A stretch of 64,000 bases of DNA from Octopus bimaculoides (GCF_001194135.2 NC_069001.1:33267652-33331651), one strand, 5' to 3'. Counted from the first letter of the stretch, positions 1 to 11,986 are shown. Notes: a model not told the origin generated them from the sequence alone. Numbers and translations are program-made.

Positions 1-80
1 ATATACATATATATATATATATATATACATATATATATACATATATATACATATATATACATATATATACATATATATAC

Positions 81-129
<49 letters not shown>

Positions 130-140
130 TACATATATAT
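1..140. repeat. (TA)n/(TATACA)n microsatellite
   Basis: Direct reading of the sequence. Confidence 0.97.
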
Positions 141-496
141 ATCATTATCATTTAGTGCCCATCTTCCATACTGGCACACATCTATACATAAACACATACA
201 TACAAAACAATGCAGAAGCACATTGTGACCAGCGGTGTGTAACAATGTCTGATTGCCTAGTTGGTAACATACAAACAGACAGACAGAAAGACACACAAAC
301 ATACATTTATATGTATGAGACGCTGTGTGTGTGTGGGAATATGCATGTATGCGTATAGATATGTATATATCTACAAAATTGTGAATTTGTGTGTGTGTGT
401 GTGTAGATTCATATGCACACCAGCCCAACACTCCCAAACCCAGCAGCCACACATTGGACACACACACACACACACCCACGTGACCATAATTCTTTA

Positions 497-868
497 CAAC
501 AAACCAGGTGAAATTTGGAGAAGAGGATAAGTCGATTACATCAACCTCAGTGCATAGCTGGTAATTATTTAATCAATCTCGAAAGGATGAAAGGCAAAAA
601 TCAACCTTGGCAGAATTTGAACTCAGATCATAGAGACGGACGAAATGCTGCCAAGCATTTTGCCTGGCACTATAATGATTATCCCAGCTCAACACCTTCA
701 TAATAATAATGATAATGTTTCTAATATAGGCACAAGGCATCAATATTGAAGAGATGAGATCAGTCAATACAACAAACCCCAGTATTTGTCTGGTATCTTA
801 TTTTCTTGATCCTGAAGTGATGAAAGGTAAAGTTGACTTTGGCAGGATTTGAACTCAGAATGTAAAGC
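497..868 (-). mobile_element. Two decayed family-A SINE copies
   Basis: Reverse complement of the family-A core: aaggatgaaaggcaaa..caaccttggcagaatttgaactcaga at ~582-628 and again at ~822-860. B-box-like GAGTTCAAAT on the minus strand. Confidence 0.85.
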
Positions 869-1053
869 ACCACTACAAATACTGCAAGTCATTTTGTTCT
901 TTACAAATGATTCTAATCCACCATCTGGCTAGAAAGACCATTGATATTAAAAACTGTACAAAGGTGGAACACAAAATAAAACTACTAAGAAGAAACAGTG
1001 TTGGGAAGGGGGAAGAGAGGTTAGATTGAGCCAAAGAGTAAGAATGAACAAAA

Positions 1054-1480
1054 CAGGGCTGGATTAAGACCCTTAGAAGCCTTAAGCATTCAAAAGATTT
1101 TGGTGCCCCATATATATGTAATTCCAAATATAAACAATAATAAAACCATAAAATAAATTTTTAATTTTCAAACTGAAACAAAGCTAACAGTAAGACAGAA
1201 AATAAAATTTATTTTTGTATATTTCTACTTTATTTATATTTCATAGGTTTTCTTCTACTTTTTTTTTTTTTAATTGCAAAGTCTTTCATCAGAAAATCAC
1301 TCTGACACCATGAACACTTCAAAATTAAAATTCCAATCATATAAAACAATTTGAATATTATTTTAGCAAATTTAAAACGATTTCTTTTGTATTGTTAATC
1401 ATTTACTATTTCTGTGTTGTCCTTGCTTCCCTCAATGCTTTAAATGCATGCATATTTTGCTTAATGGTTAATCCAGTGCT
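1054..1480. mobile_element. Probable hAT-type MITE (decayed)
   Basis: Starts cagggctggattaa and ends ttaatccagtgct, an imperfect terminal inverted repeat around an AT-rich interior. No TSD recovered. hAT assignment is from recalled CAGGGCCGGATT-type ends. Confidence 0.45.
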
Positions 1481-2000
1481 TTTAATAATAATACAAAAAC
1501 AACAAGACATAAGGGAAAATACTGATGAAACATTGGTACATCTGTACTGAGACAACAAATGACAATGTATTGCATAATTAGCAGTGAATTAAAACTAAAT
1601 TCTAAATATGATGGGGTTATTTGTTTTCTAAAGATTTTCATTCTCATATTATTTGTAAGATTCTATTCATTTTGACATGAACAAATTCAGGTTCACTGCA
1701 GCTGAGGAAATCCAAAGATCTGATGCCTTCAGCTCTGAGCAAGGAAAATAAATTTATAACTAGTCTCACCTTCAAACAGCTGCTCCTGTGAAGAGCAGCT
1801 ACTGCAGTCTGCCTACTTGTCAACGATGTAATAACAAGGAGCAAAAACAGACCATGTCAGAGGAAGTGAATTCAGAGTTGTTAAATAACAATAAAATGGT
1901 TTATTTTGATTCTCAACCCAAGCTATAAACTTGGACAAGGACCAGTTTAGCTGCCGGCTATGTATTAATAATGGTTTCTTTATAATAATAATAATAATAA

Positions 2001-2277
2001 TTGTTTCTACCTTAGGCACAAGGCCAGAGATTGGGGGGGGACTAATCAATTACATCAGCTCAGTACTAAAGCTGGAAAAAATGCTGCTAAGCATTTTGTC
2101 AGGTGCAGTAACAAATTCTATCAGCTTGCCACCTTAATAATAATAATAACAACAATAATCCTTTCTACAATAGGCACAAGGCCTGAATTAGCAGAATTTG
2201 AACTCAGAATGTAAAGACAAACAAAATGCCTCTAAGCATTTTGCCCAGCATGTTAATGATTCTGCCAGCTCGCCACC

Positions 2278-2330
<53 letters not shown>

Positions 2331-2539
2331 CCTTTCTACTCTAGGCACAAGGCCTGAAATTTTAGGGGAGGGCAGTTGATTAGATTTACCCCAGTATGCA
2401 ACTGGTACTTAATTTATTGACCCCGAAGAGATGAAAGGCAAAGTCGACCTTGCTGGAATTTGAACTCGGAATGCAGCCATGAGCAAAATACTGCGAAGTA
2501 TTTTGTCCAGCGAGCTAACGACTCTGCCAGGTTGCCACC

Positions 2540-2542
<3 letters not shown>
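2001..2542 (-). mobile_element. Three family-A SINEs in tandem, separated by (TAA)n
   Basis: Copies at 2001-2135 and 2158-2280 (both internally deleted) and 2330-2542 (near full length). Each runs from ttctac..aggcacaagg to gccacctta. Confidence 0.9.
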
Positions 2543-2578
<36 letters not shown>

Positions 2579-3060
2579 GTGGTAGTAGTTTAATGCTTAA
2601 ATTTATCAAATTTTCAAGTTGACAGATTTGCTGTATCATGCTATAACCGGTTAAAACAAACTTTGTAGCCTATCTCAAGAAATTAACAGTGGAAGTCTAT
2701 CTTTTAAACAGTTGGCTCAATTCCCAGTTTATTACTGACATGGTTTCAACATAGACTAGTGACATACTGGACTAATAACAGCCAATAAACCAAGTTTGGT
2801 GTTGTACCATCTCAGTTTTAATAATGAGAGAAATAGCCAAGCTCCTAATTAAACAAAAATGTAGCAATTACTATAATTATCATCCCTGTAACTACTACAA
2901 CTACTAGAGTGTGAGCTATTGTTGATTTGGTTGAAAGTAGGAAATCAGAGGTTGTGTGTTATTTAACAACTTTTATTCAATGTCAAGTTTAGTGCTTCAC
3001 TGAGTCAAGTTCAAGTCTTTAAAACCTTTTGGTACCAACCCACTTGAAATTACAATTTCT

Positions 3061-3251
3061 AAAAATATTCAATAATAAAAATATAATAGGATTTTTTTAA
3101 AGGCATGGCTATGTGGTAAGAAGCTTGCTTCCTAAGCACATGGTCCCAAGTCCAGTCCCATTGCGTGGCACCTTGGGCAAGTGTCTTAGCCTCAGACTGA
3201 CCAAAGCCTTGTGAATGGATTTGGTAGACGGAAACCGAAAGAAACCCATCG

Positions 3252-3291
<40 letters not shown>

Positions 3292-3348
3292 TTTTTTTTA
3301 TTTATGTGTTTCAGCCAAGTGGCTGCGGTCATGCTGGTGCACCACCGT

Positions 3349-3387
<39 letters not shown>

Positions 3388-3706
3388 GTATGTATATATC
3401 TATGTGTGTGTGTCTTTATATCTGTGTTTGTCCCCATCACCACTTGACAACCAGTGTTGATGTGCTTATGTCCCTATAACTTACCAGTTCAGCAAAGAGA
3501 GACCGACAGAATAAGTAACAAGCTTTAAAAAAAAATTAATCCTGGGGTCAATTTGTTCAGCAAAAACTCTTCAAGGCAGTGCCCCAGCATGGCTACAGTC
3601 AAATGACTGAAACAAGTAAAAGAATAAAAGGACTGGTTACGAGGGCCCACCTGAGTAAAATGGGAATCAAAGAGGTCCACAGACAAAAAATGGTTGAGAA
3701 ACACTG
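3061..3706 (-). mobile_element. hAT MITE (family H1) interrupted by a family-B SINE
   Basis: 3061-3100 and 3633-3706 match adjacent parts of the 34495-34772 element in reverse orientation. Ends ggttgagaaacactg, followed by ctatagat. Confidence 0.7.
3101..3630 (+). mobile_element. Family-B SINE with central microsatellite
   Basis: tRNA-like head ggcatggctatgtggtaagaagcttgcttcc; CORE-like ggcaccttgggcaagtgtctt; central (TA)n; tail cagcatggctacagtcaaatgactgaaacaagtaaaagaataaaag. Confidence 0.9.
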
Positions 3707-4044
3707 CTATAGATGATCCGTTCTAAGAACATCACTGCAGGTGCATCTTCGAAACAAGATGATTGGAGAATAGTGTAGAGTGAACAATGTGATTGCGGAA
3801 TATTGAAAGCAGAAGTTCTGCTGAGCCAGACATGTTGCACGGTTCACAGATAATAGGTGAACTTGTGCAGGTATTGAGTGGTCTGCAACCGATCAGAAGA
3901 GCTCATTCAGAAGAGTCCCAAGATGACAGAAGGATAGCATTGTCACAAAATTGACTTTTTAATGAAAGGAAGAATGGAAGCACATTGGGATTAGCAATGT
4001 ATAAGGACAAAGACAGAATCTGGTTGAAAGAGTGAGACATAAAT

Positions 4045-4090
<46 letters not shown>

Positions 4091-4124
4091 ACATACATAC
4101 ATACAAACAAGCCTCTATGCAGTT

Positions 4125-4300
4125 GTGCAACCTGCCAGAAATAGCAGCCAAATTCTTTCAAATCACACCTCACCATCTTGAAAATACAAAGGACACATTG
4201 AACAATGTCTTAGATACACAAAAAGATGGGATGGTCACAAATGGAATGCCTTTTATCACAGGTCTTGTTTAAGCAGGGCTGATTTACAGCTAAACAACAA
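4125..4300 (+). mobile_element. Family-E dispersed repeat (unclassified)
   Basis: agaaatagcagccaaattctttcaaatcacac ... gatgggatggtcac ... cagggctgatttacagctaaacaacaac. The same modules recur more than 10 times in the window. Confidence 0.8.
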
Positions 4301-4774
4301 CTGGTTACCAATGAAGATTTGTTTTGTATCCCAGTGAATAGAAAATAGTCATTCCATGTGTATGTGTGAGACTAAAGTCAAAGAGAACTTCCAAAGCAAT
4401 ACAATTGCTGAAAAAAACAATACTTATGTAATTAAAAGCCTAAATTAACTCCAGCAGACAAACAATAGTGTTTTAATTAAAACGAGTAAATAAAATTTAG
4501 GATAGTAATAACATGAAGCATTTGCTTCTTCAATAAAGCCTATGTGTCTGTTGTATACAAATGTAACCGGTTTACTTGAAGATGTTATGAAAGAAGGAAT
4601 AGAATAGAATAAAAGATAAAATATCCACTGCCATAATGTGTTTGTGGTTGTTAGTATTTTTTCCTTTTCTGTCTTTGATTTTAAGCTTTTCTCATCTCTT
4701 CAATAACACTGGCAACAACTGAATGTATTTGTTACACACAATTCACTATATAAATATATAGATATATATATATA

Positions 4775-5188
4775 GGCAGATGACCCTGCTAGATCTGTAT
4801 GAAAAGTGTTGATAGGAACTCCATAAGATGTACTCAGTGCAAACTATGGACACATAAGAGGTGCAGCAATATCAGAGGAAGGTTAACTGGGAAAATAGTT
4901 TTGTGTGTGGAAGGGACACAGGTACAATGAACACTGAAAATGTACAGAAAATAGACTCTGTCAACTACCAGGTGGGTAGAGGTAATAGATAGCTTCCAAT
5001 ATCTAGGTGACCAAGTTAGTAGTGGAGGTAGATACTCCAAGAGCATAAGCTGCAAGAATAAGAATAGGCTGGGCAAAGTTCAGAGAGCTCTTAATTCTGT
5101 TGGCAACAAAGGACCTCTCCCTCTGAGTGAAAGGCAGACTCTATGATACCTGTGGGCAAACAACTATGCTACATGGCAGTGAAACATA
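4775..5188 (+). pseudogene. RTE-clade LINE ORF2 fragment (post-RT zinc-finger-like and C-terminal region)
   Basis: Hand translation: GR*PC*ICMKSVDRNSIRCTQCKLWTHKRCSNIRGRLTGKIV / EVIDSFQYLGDQVSSGG / ARIRIGWAKFRELLILLATKDLSL*VKGRLYDTCGQTTMLHGSET. Contains stops and frameshifts. FxYLG and LHGSETW-like motifs are typical of RTE ORF2. Confidence 0.9.
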
Positions 5189-5227
5189 TAATGGGTTCTA
5201 TTTTATCATCATCATCATCCACACCAC

Positions 5228-5470
5228 TCTCATCATTTCATTTAACATCTATTTTCCATGCTAGCATGGGCTGGACAGCTTGAAGGAACTGGTAAGGCCA
5301 GGGGCTACACCAGGTTCCATAGTCCATTTTGGCTTGGTTTCTATGGCTAGATGCCTTTCCTAATGCCAACCACTCCACAGACTATACTGGGTGCTTTTTA
5401 TGTGGCATATTCACGGGTGCTTTTTAAATGGTACCAGCACCCACATCACCGCTTTTATGTGGTACCCTAG
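5228..5470 (-). mobile_element. RTE-type LINE 3' UTR fragment
   Basis: tcatttaacatctattttccatgctagcatggg ... ttctatggctagatgcctttcctaatgccaaccac. The same sequence is joined to ORF2 remnants at 44845-45325. Confidence 0.75.
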
Positions 5471-5689
5471 TTTTAGGATCTGCTACGGTCTACATATCCA
5501 CCACAATGTTCAGTTCTTGTGTGCCTCAATGATCCTGAGAGGAGCTATGCCAGTGGAGGGGCCTCACATGCTGGACAGTTCAAAGAAGAGGGGCCAGACT
5601 AATATGGACCACCTCTTTCTGGAGGTAAAAATGGGTTTGCATAGGGCCAATACTCCTACCTAGAATAAAAGCAAAGTTAAAGCATTGAT

Positions 5690-5800
5690 GACAATTCTAA
5701 ACCAAGAAGACCTGAAAGAGGTGAGCCTTCCTTCAGAGAAAAGATAGTTCCGAGTTGTCAATTGCCTCTGCTCCATTGGGAGCTAAGGGCTTAAGAAAGT
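5690..5800 (+). mobile_element. Possible 3' end of a second RTE-like LINE family
   Basis: Ends gcctctgctccattgggagctaagggcttaagaaag, resembling from memory the 3' terminus of Perere-3-like RTE elements. Unverified. Confidence 0.3.
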
Positions 5801-6470
5801 ATAGTTGACATATGTAACACTTTGACTGTGGAATAAAATCAAACACAATTTATTCTAAACACATCACAGATACAATATTAGCAAGCTTACTTGCTGCATT
5901 GGGGAAAACATATATAAAATTGATTTGCTTGTTGCAAGATGTTGCATGGACATGACTAATGATAATTAATCAACAAACTTTATTAACCTTCTCGAATATC
6001 TAATAAGAAACTTTAACTTCAGTCCTTAGTTGTTTTAAATACAAGCAAACTTAAATCATAAAATATATAACCATGCAACCAACCCCTAACTCCCCCCCCC
6101 ACCCCAAAACCACTGGCCTTTGGCCTAAATTTGAAACCATTATTGTTACTGTTATCTTAATACAATTTATTGTGATATTATTATCAGGTTTTGTAAGGCT
6201 GGCACAGACGGTAATGTACTGAGCAGTAATTAATTTTCCTGATTAATGACTGAGTCACCTAGCTTCAATCTGAAGCCACCTAACTTTGACATTGCATTTT
6301 ATCTTATTGTTAATCTGCAGGAAATATTTACTGTGGTCAGTTTAATAGAATACAACTGGTTATCTGCGCGTGTATGTGTCTGTGTTTATACAGGGTCAAA
6401 GGATCACCAACTGACTTGAGTACACCCAAACCCAAATTGTATTGTGGATAGAGATAACAAGGGATTTTGT

Positions 6471-6695
6471 TTAACCCTTTAGCATTTGAACCAGCTATAT
6501 CCAGCCCAGACATTCTACTTGTTTTATGTTCAAACCAGCCAGATCTTCGCCTCTCACACCTACCCTGCAATGTCATTCTAAAAGCAGGTAATCACATCAT
6601 CGAAATTTTGAAGGTGCAAGACAAGGCGTGATTAATTCTAAACCTTAAATACATGAGCATATTCGACAGATTGATCTCAATGCTAAAAGGGTTAA
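6471..6695. mobile_element. piggyBac-like MITE, family P1
   Basis: TTAA at 6471-6474 and 6692-6695. TIR ccctttagcatt / aatgctaaaaggg. Confidence 0.9.
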
Positions 6696-6759
6696 TGTAT
6701 AGGATTTGTGTTATTTATAATATTCAAAAGAGAATGGATTAATCAATAAATATTCTAAA

Positions 6760-6965
6760 TTATGATTAAGGTGTTGGGGTCACAATTGTAAGGTTGTGGG
6801 TTCAATTTCCAGTCTGGGCAATGTATTGGTGCCTTGAGCAACGAAATTCATTTCACATTGATTCAGTTCACTTAGCTGAGAGTAACAGTAATAGTTGGGA
6901 ATTAACCCTGCAATGAACTGGAGACCTGTTTGCAATTATTCTCCTCTCAGTCACTTATATACCAG
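6760..6965 (+). mobile_element. Family-C SINE (decayed)
   Basis: tRNA-like head with ggttcaatttcc, then ccttgagcaacgaaattcatttcacattg..cagttcacttagctg. Confidence 0.7.
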
Positions 6966-7419
6966 ACTAATCTTGTCTCTCTCTCTTTATCTGTCTGTCT
7001 ATACACACAAACACACACCTACATTGATACTCCGATAGAATGGAATTGAAAATTATCTAGTGTGCCGAAAAGAAAAAGTAATTTCTTTGGATGTGTATGT
7101 TTTAAACATGATAGATTCCGAATCGGCAAAAAAAATAAAATAAAGGAGGGCGTCACCTCAGTCCCACCTTTTCTTTCCATCAATTTTTTTGGGGTTTTTT
7201 CGGATTTATATTATGCAAAATTGTGAAGAAACATAATCACAACTTTAATCTGAAAAACTTGTTTTTGAAAGTCAAAACCGAAAAATTACGTAAAAGAATG
7301 GGGGGGGGGAATTAGATTCATAATTTACGATGCTTAAAAGTTACAAATTTGAAAAAATTGCGAGGTTTGGAACATTACTAAGAAGGTAATTTCCGACTCT
7401 ATTGTAAAGGAATGCTCTG

Positions 7420-7760
7420 TAGGAATGGCTTTGGGGTTAAAAAGCATACTTCCCAACACCATGTGTAATTTGCGTTCAGTCTCACTGCGCGTTCAGCCTC
7501 ACATTGAAAAGTCCATTGTGTATGTGTGTATGTGTGTGTGCGTAAGTATGTATGTAAGTGTGTGTTTGTCACCCACCACAGCTTGGCAATCGGTGTTGGT
7601 TTGTTTACAGTCCCGAAATTTATCGGTCCGGCAAAAGACACCGATAGAATAAATACAAAGTTTAAAAATAAGTGCTAGGGTCGATTTGTCCCACTAAACC
7701 CATCAAAGCCGATGCCCCAACATGGCCGCAATCCAATGACTGAAACAATAAAATATAAAA
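7420..7760 (+). mobile_element. Family-B SINE with internal deletion
   Basis: Head aggaatggctttggggttaaaaagcatacttccc; (GT)n; tail caacatggccgcaatccaatgactgaaacaataaaatataaaag. Confidence 0.8.
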
Positions 7761-8139
7761 GACGTATGTGCGTGCGTGTGCGTATGTGTGTGTAAGAAGG
7801 TGTGGTATGATTTGAGAGAAATTCCGTGCTACTATTTCTGGCAAATCGAGTGACCCGTTAAGAGCCTTCTCAGGTGTGTATGAGAGTGTCAAATGAAACG
7901 AGACTGTAACATTTATACTTTGATTCCAGTTATTAACGGTGTCAGTGACATGAGGTGTTGTTTGCCTGAAAACGGGAATCTTTAAACAAGAGATCTTCTG
8001 TCGAAAATAAAGGGAGAGGCATACAAGGAAGTGTCTACATTTAAGGAACTGAAGTTTGTATACAACAAAATATACGCAACAGAAAAATGGGCATTTCTTT
8101 AAACAACAACTAACAACAACAACACTGCGGAATGACCGG

Positions 8140-8860
8140 GCAACGAGAGCTTCGACAGCTAGAAATAGCAGCCAAATCTCCCTCAAATAACATCCCGGCA
8201 TTTTAACGAGAAAGCCTCCACGTAGTAGCTCGAACAAGAAATAGCAACCAGATCGGCCTCAAATAACATCCGGGCGTTTTGTCGAGTAGTAGCCTGGACA
8301 ACTAGAAATCGTAGCCAGATCTCTCTCAAATAACACTTGCGTGCAATCGTGGTCCAACCCTTAGAATGACTTGATGGCCACGACTGGAATGTAGTTAATC
8401 ATAAATATCCGCTCGATCACGTTGACTTAGGACAACAAGCCAATAATGAGCCCACAAGGGCGCCTCTACGCAGTACCTGACCTGCTAGAAATAGCAGTCA
8501 GATTTATCTTAAATTATACGGCCCCCATCCTAAAAAATGCATGGAAACATTGTATGACGTAGTTCTCGATATGCAAAATGATGGGATGGTCATGGCTGGA
8601 GCACTCTTGATCATAATCAAGGGCTTAACTACAACGAGTCAACAAGGGAACTATGTAGGATCACTCCACCTGCAAAACTAGCAGCTAAATCACCCTCAAA
8701 TTATACATGATGTTTGTAAAAACAAAAAAGTGGACACAGTTCCTGATGTAATCCGAGGAACATTGCCCAAAACAATAAATATGGGCTGTTCACGGTTGGA
8801 ATGTCTCTGACCACATGGTTGATTGATCATGACTGACCTAGGAGCTGAACTATAATAACG
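8140..8860 (+). mobile_element. Cluster of family-E repeats, including three tandem head units
   Basis: Motif tagaaatagcagccaaatctccctcaaat at 8160, 8236, 8303, ~8484 and ~8674. Confidence 0.8.
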
Positions 8861-9045
8861 ATTTCTGATTTAGGCACAAGGCCAGCAAATTTTGAGGGGA
8901 GGGGGTCTAGTAGCTACAATCTGCCTCTGCTCAACCGGTATTTTATTTTATCGACCTCGAAAGGAAGAAAGGTGAAGTCGACCTCAGCAGGTTTTGAATT
9001 CAGATCGTAAAGTGCCGGAAGAAAAAGTACAAGGCATTTTTTCCG
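8861..9045 (-). mobile_element. Family-A SINE
   Basis: taggcacaaggcc ... tttatcgacctcgaaaggaagaaaggtgaagtcgacctc. Confidence 0.85.
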
Positions 9046-9326
9046 AATAATAGTAAAAACAACAAACATAAGCAAATGAAAATCGCTTTAATGACACCTA
9101 ATTAGAAACAGACTGACAGGAGGGTAATTAGAAATTCTCTCTCTTTTATGTTGTTGAAACGTCAATTTAAATAAAATCGATTTTTGAAAATGATACTTTC
9201 CCCATTGAACGTGAAACGATGGCGAGTGTTGTTATTTTCTGTTTATATTATAATAAATCGTCTGTTTTGAAACTGAGATCGGATTAATCTCAAGCAGAGA
9301 GAAATAGGTGAAAATCACACACACAC

Positions 9327-9523
9327 AAGCGGTGAGTTGGCAGAATCGTTAGGACATCGGATGAAATGCTAAACAGCATTTCTACCTACTTTTTACGTTT
9401 TGAGTTCAAATGAAGCCGAGGTCGACTTTGCCATTCGTCCTTCCGAAGTCGATAAAATAAAATGCTAATGGAGAACTGGAGTCGATAAGTTCTCGACTAG
9501 ACCCCCCCCCTCCCGCAAAATTT
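9327..9523 (+). mobile_element. Family-A SINE
   Basis: aagcggtgagttggcagaatcgttagg ... gagttcaaat ... gaggtcgactttgcc. Confidence 0.85.
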
Positions 9524-11754
9524 CTAACAAACACACACACACACACACACACACGTAGAATCATGAAATAAGTGTGTTTGTGTGTGGGGTGGGGGTAGTG
9601 GAGATGGAGACGTGATACAAAGACACGCAAGTGAGGACAAAGAGAGTGAGAATATTCATAAGTGTACGTGTGTGTGTGTGTGTGTGTGTGTGCGCACGCA
9701 CGTATAAAATCATAATAATATGTTAGTGTGAATGTGTGTGTGTGCGTGTAGTGGTGGTGGTTAATGTTAATGCATGTGTGGTGTGTAATGTGTAATATCT
9801 CTTGAAGGAGAGATATTAGTGTGCTATGTTTGGTCGATGTGGCTGGTGGGATCTGTGTATGTGTAAGTACGGGTGTGTGCTTATATAGATGCATCCATGT
9901 GTGTATGTATTATGTAACGTGTGTATCTATGCATATATAAATGCTAATTTGAAAGGCCCAGATATTACCAGAACCTCTGCTCAACATTACCAGCTGGTTA
10001 TTGTTATCAGAAAGGGTTTCTTCTCAAGTGATAATAATATGTAGCTTCTACTGTATTCATGTACATTTATACATGCACGTGCGAACATGCATGCACTAAC
10101 ACATACACGATTATGTATCTGTGTAAATAGAGAACATTTTATTTCAGATGTCATAAAAAAAGCACAACTATATTCTTTGATCTCTTATGTTCAGATCATA
10201 ACAACAATAGGGTTCCTAAATCCATTAGTCCATTAACATTTCAAGGCCTTCATTGGAATGAAAAGGTAGTAATGGCATGTTATTCATGCACTTGATAGTA
10301 AGTCACAAAGGATCACAGTAATATTATTGCAACTGATAAAAATCATCAACACTAAATTTCAAAATTATACAAGAGGCAAAGAGATTTCATTATGCATTTT
10401 ACATGTATTCCAACTGTTGATATTTTTGTCTCTTTTGGCTATTTGTAAAGCTTCCATAGCTATTCTCGATATTTTTATGGAATTCTACATAAAACTGTAG
10501 TGCTGTGAACGAAGTTTTTTTCTATCCTCCATTATTTCATGTTCTGTAAGAACAATGATGGCTTCTTGCTGTAAATGCATGGACAACTGGGGAGAAAGTG
10601 TTGTATTGTTTGCATGCTTAAGTACACACATACAATCATGAATATATGTGCATGTGAGTGTATGTATACTGTTTGGTATCTCATTCTCTTTCTCCCCCAC
10701 CCCACTCATTTTTAACAGACTGAGTCATGAAGTTTATAACTTACATATTTAGACTGATATTGTCTAAAGTACATTTTGTGGTGCTGTGTTAATGAAGAGG
10801 TTTTTCATTCCAGTATTATTGTAATATATTCTATCTTTAAGATTGTAATTATGTGTGATACACTTAGTGTTTTGTTTTTGTTTTGTGAGGTTTTGATGAC
10901 AGATTCACTCATTTTGTAACCAGTTTATCTGGCTCTTGTGGTATATGATATGAGGCTTGTGCATTTTTAATGAATGCTGCCCCTGTGAGATTAGCATAGG
11001 TGAATTTGTTCTTGTAGAGTTCTATGGCCTTGTCTACCAATCTGTTTAGATACTTGTTATAAAGTGATGGTTATTAACAACCACTAATTTTCAGGATATC
11101 TGTTAATATTAATTTATTGTTTAACTAATGTTTGTTTTACATATAAGATTTCTTTCTTTATAAGCAAAGTAATTTTATGTAGAATTCCACTAAAATAGTG
11201 AATATATTTATGGCTGATTTACTACAGCAAAATGTAAGCCAAAAATCAACACACACATAAATCCTAAAATCTATTAGTTCAATATTGTAGAATCCTATAC
11301 AGTAAACTCTGCAAGTCTTCTGAAAGAGTTTGATTTTGGAAAACCAAAACTACCATAACCAACATTATTATGTATGCAAATTCTTTATGAAATGAAAGTG
11401 TTTCTTTTTGTTTTGTTTTTTTCTTCTTCTATCCATAAGTAGCAATGATAGAACAGAGATTTATTCAGACAATACATATTACACATAATGAAAAACAAAA
11501 GTAGATCCACTTGTACTTGCATAGGACCTTATAAAGATAATGTCATGTCCACAACATAAATGGACATGACATCGGCAAACTTTGAAAGGAACAAACAAAA
11601 ACTCTTACAGAATTTGACTAAAGAAATACAATACAAATCTGGAGATACATTTCCTATATGTAACGCTTAACCTAAACATGAGCAAATGCAATTTCTACAA
11701 TAAACCTAATGAGGGAACCTCATTAATCAAGATCATGCAATACACTACTGACAA

Positions 11755-11986
11755 TACTATAATCCCTCTCTATATCACAGTTCACCTATCACGGTTTATT
11801 ATTTAAGCTTACCTTGATTCCTCTGTGGTGTTGTTTTGCATTTATAATAAAATGAATATATACAAATTATAAAAATAATTTTAAAAATATACAGTACAGT
11901 ACTGCTTCTACTTTGCAGGTTTTCACCTATGGTGGGGGGGAGAGGAGTTGGAATGTAACACTCGCGATAGCCGAGGGATTACTGTA
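11755..11986. mobile_element. Tigger/pogo-like MITE
   Basis: TA at 11755-56 and 11985-86. Imperfect TIR ctataatccctctctatatc / gatagccgagggattactg. Confidence 0.75.

Noticed and set aside
7030-7390. DNA-transposon interior (gattccgaatc-type motifs)
   Set aside because: No termini, TSD or second copy to support a call.
7662-8237. 191-aa minus-strand ORF, among the longest without gaps or long microsatellites
   Set aside because: It is stitched from family-E and family-B repeat sequence and short simple repeats. No recognisable protein features.
8140-8336. CRISPR-like repeat-spacer array (also 61829-61970)
   Set aside because: Eukaryotic context, degenerate repeats, related spacers and no cas genes.
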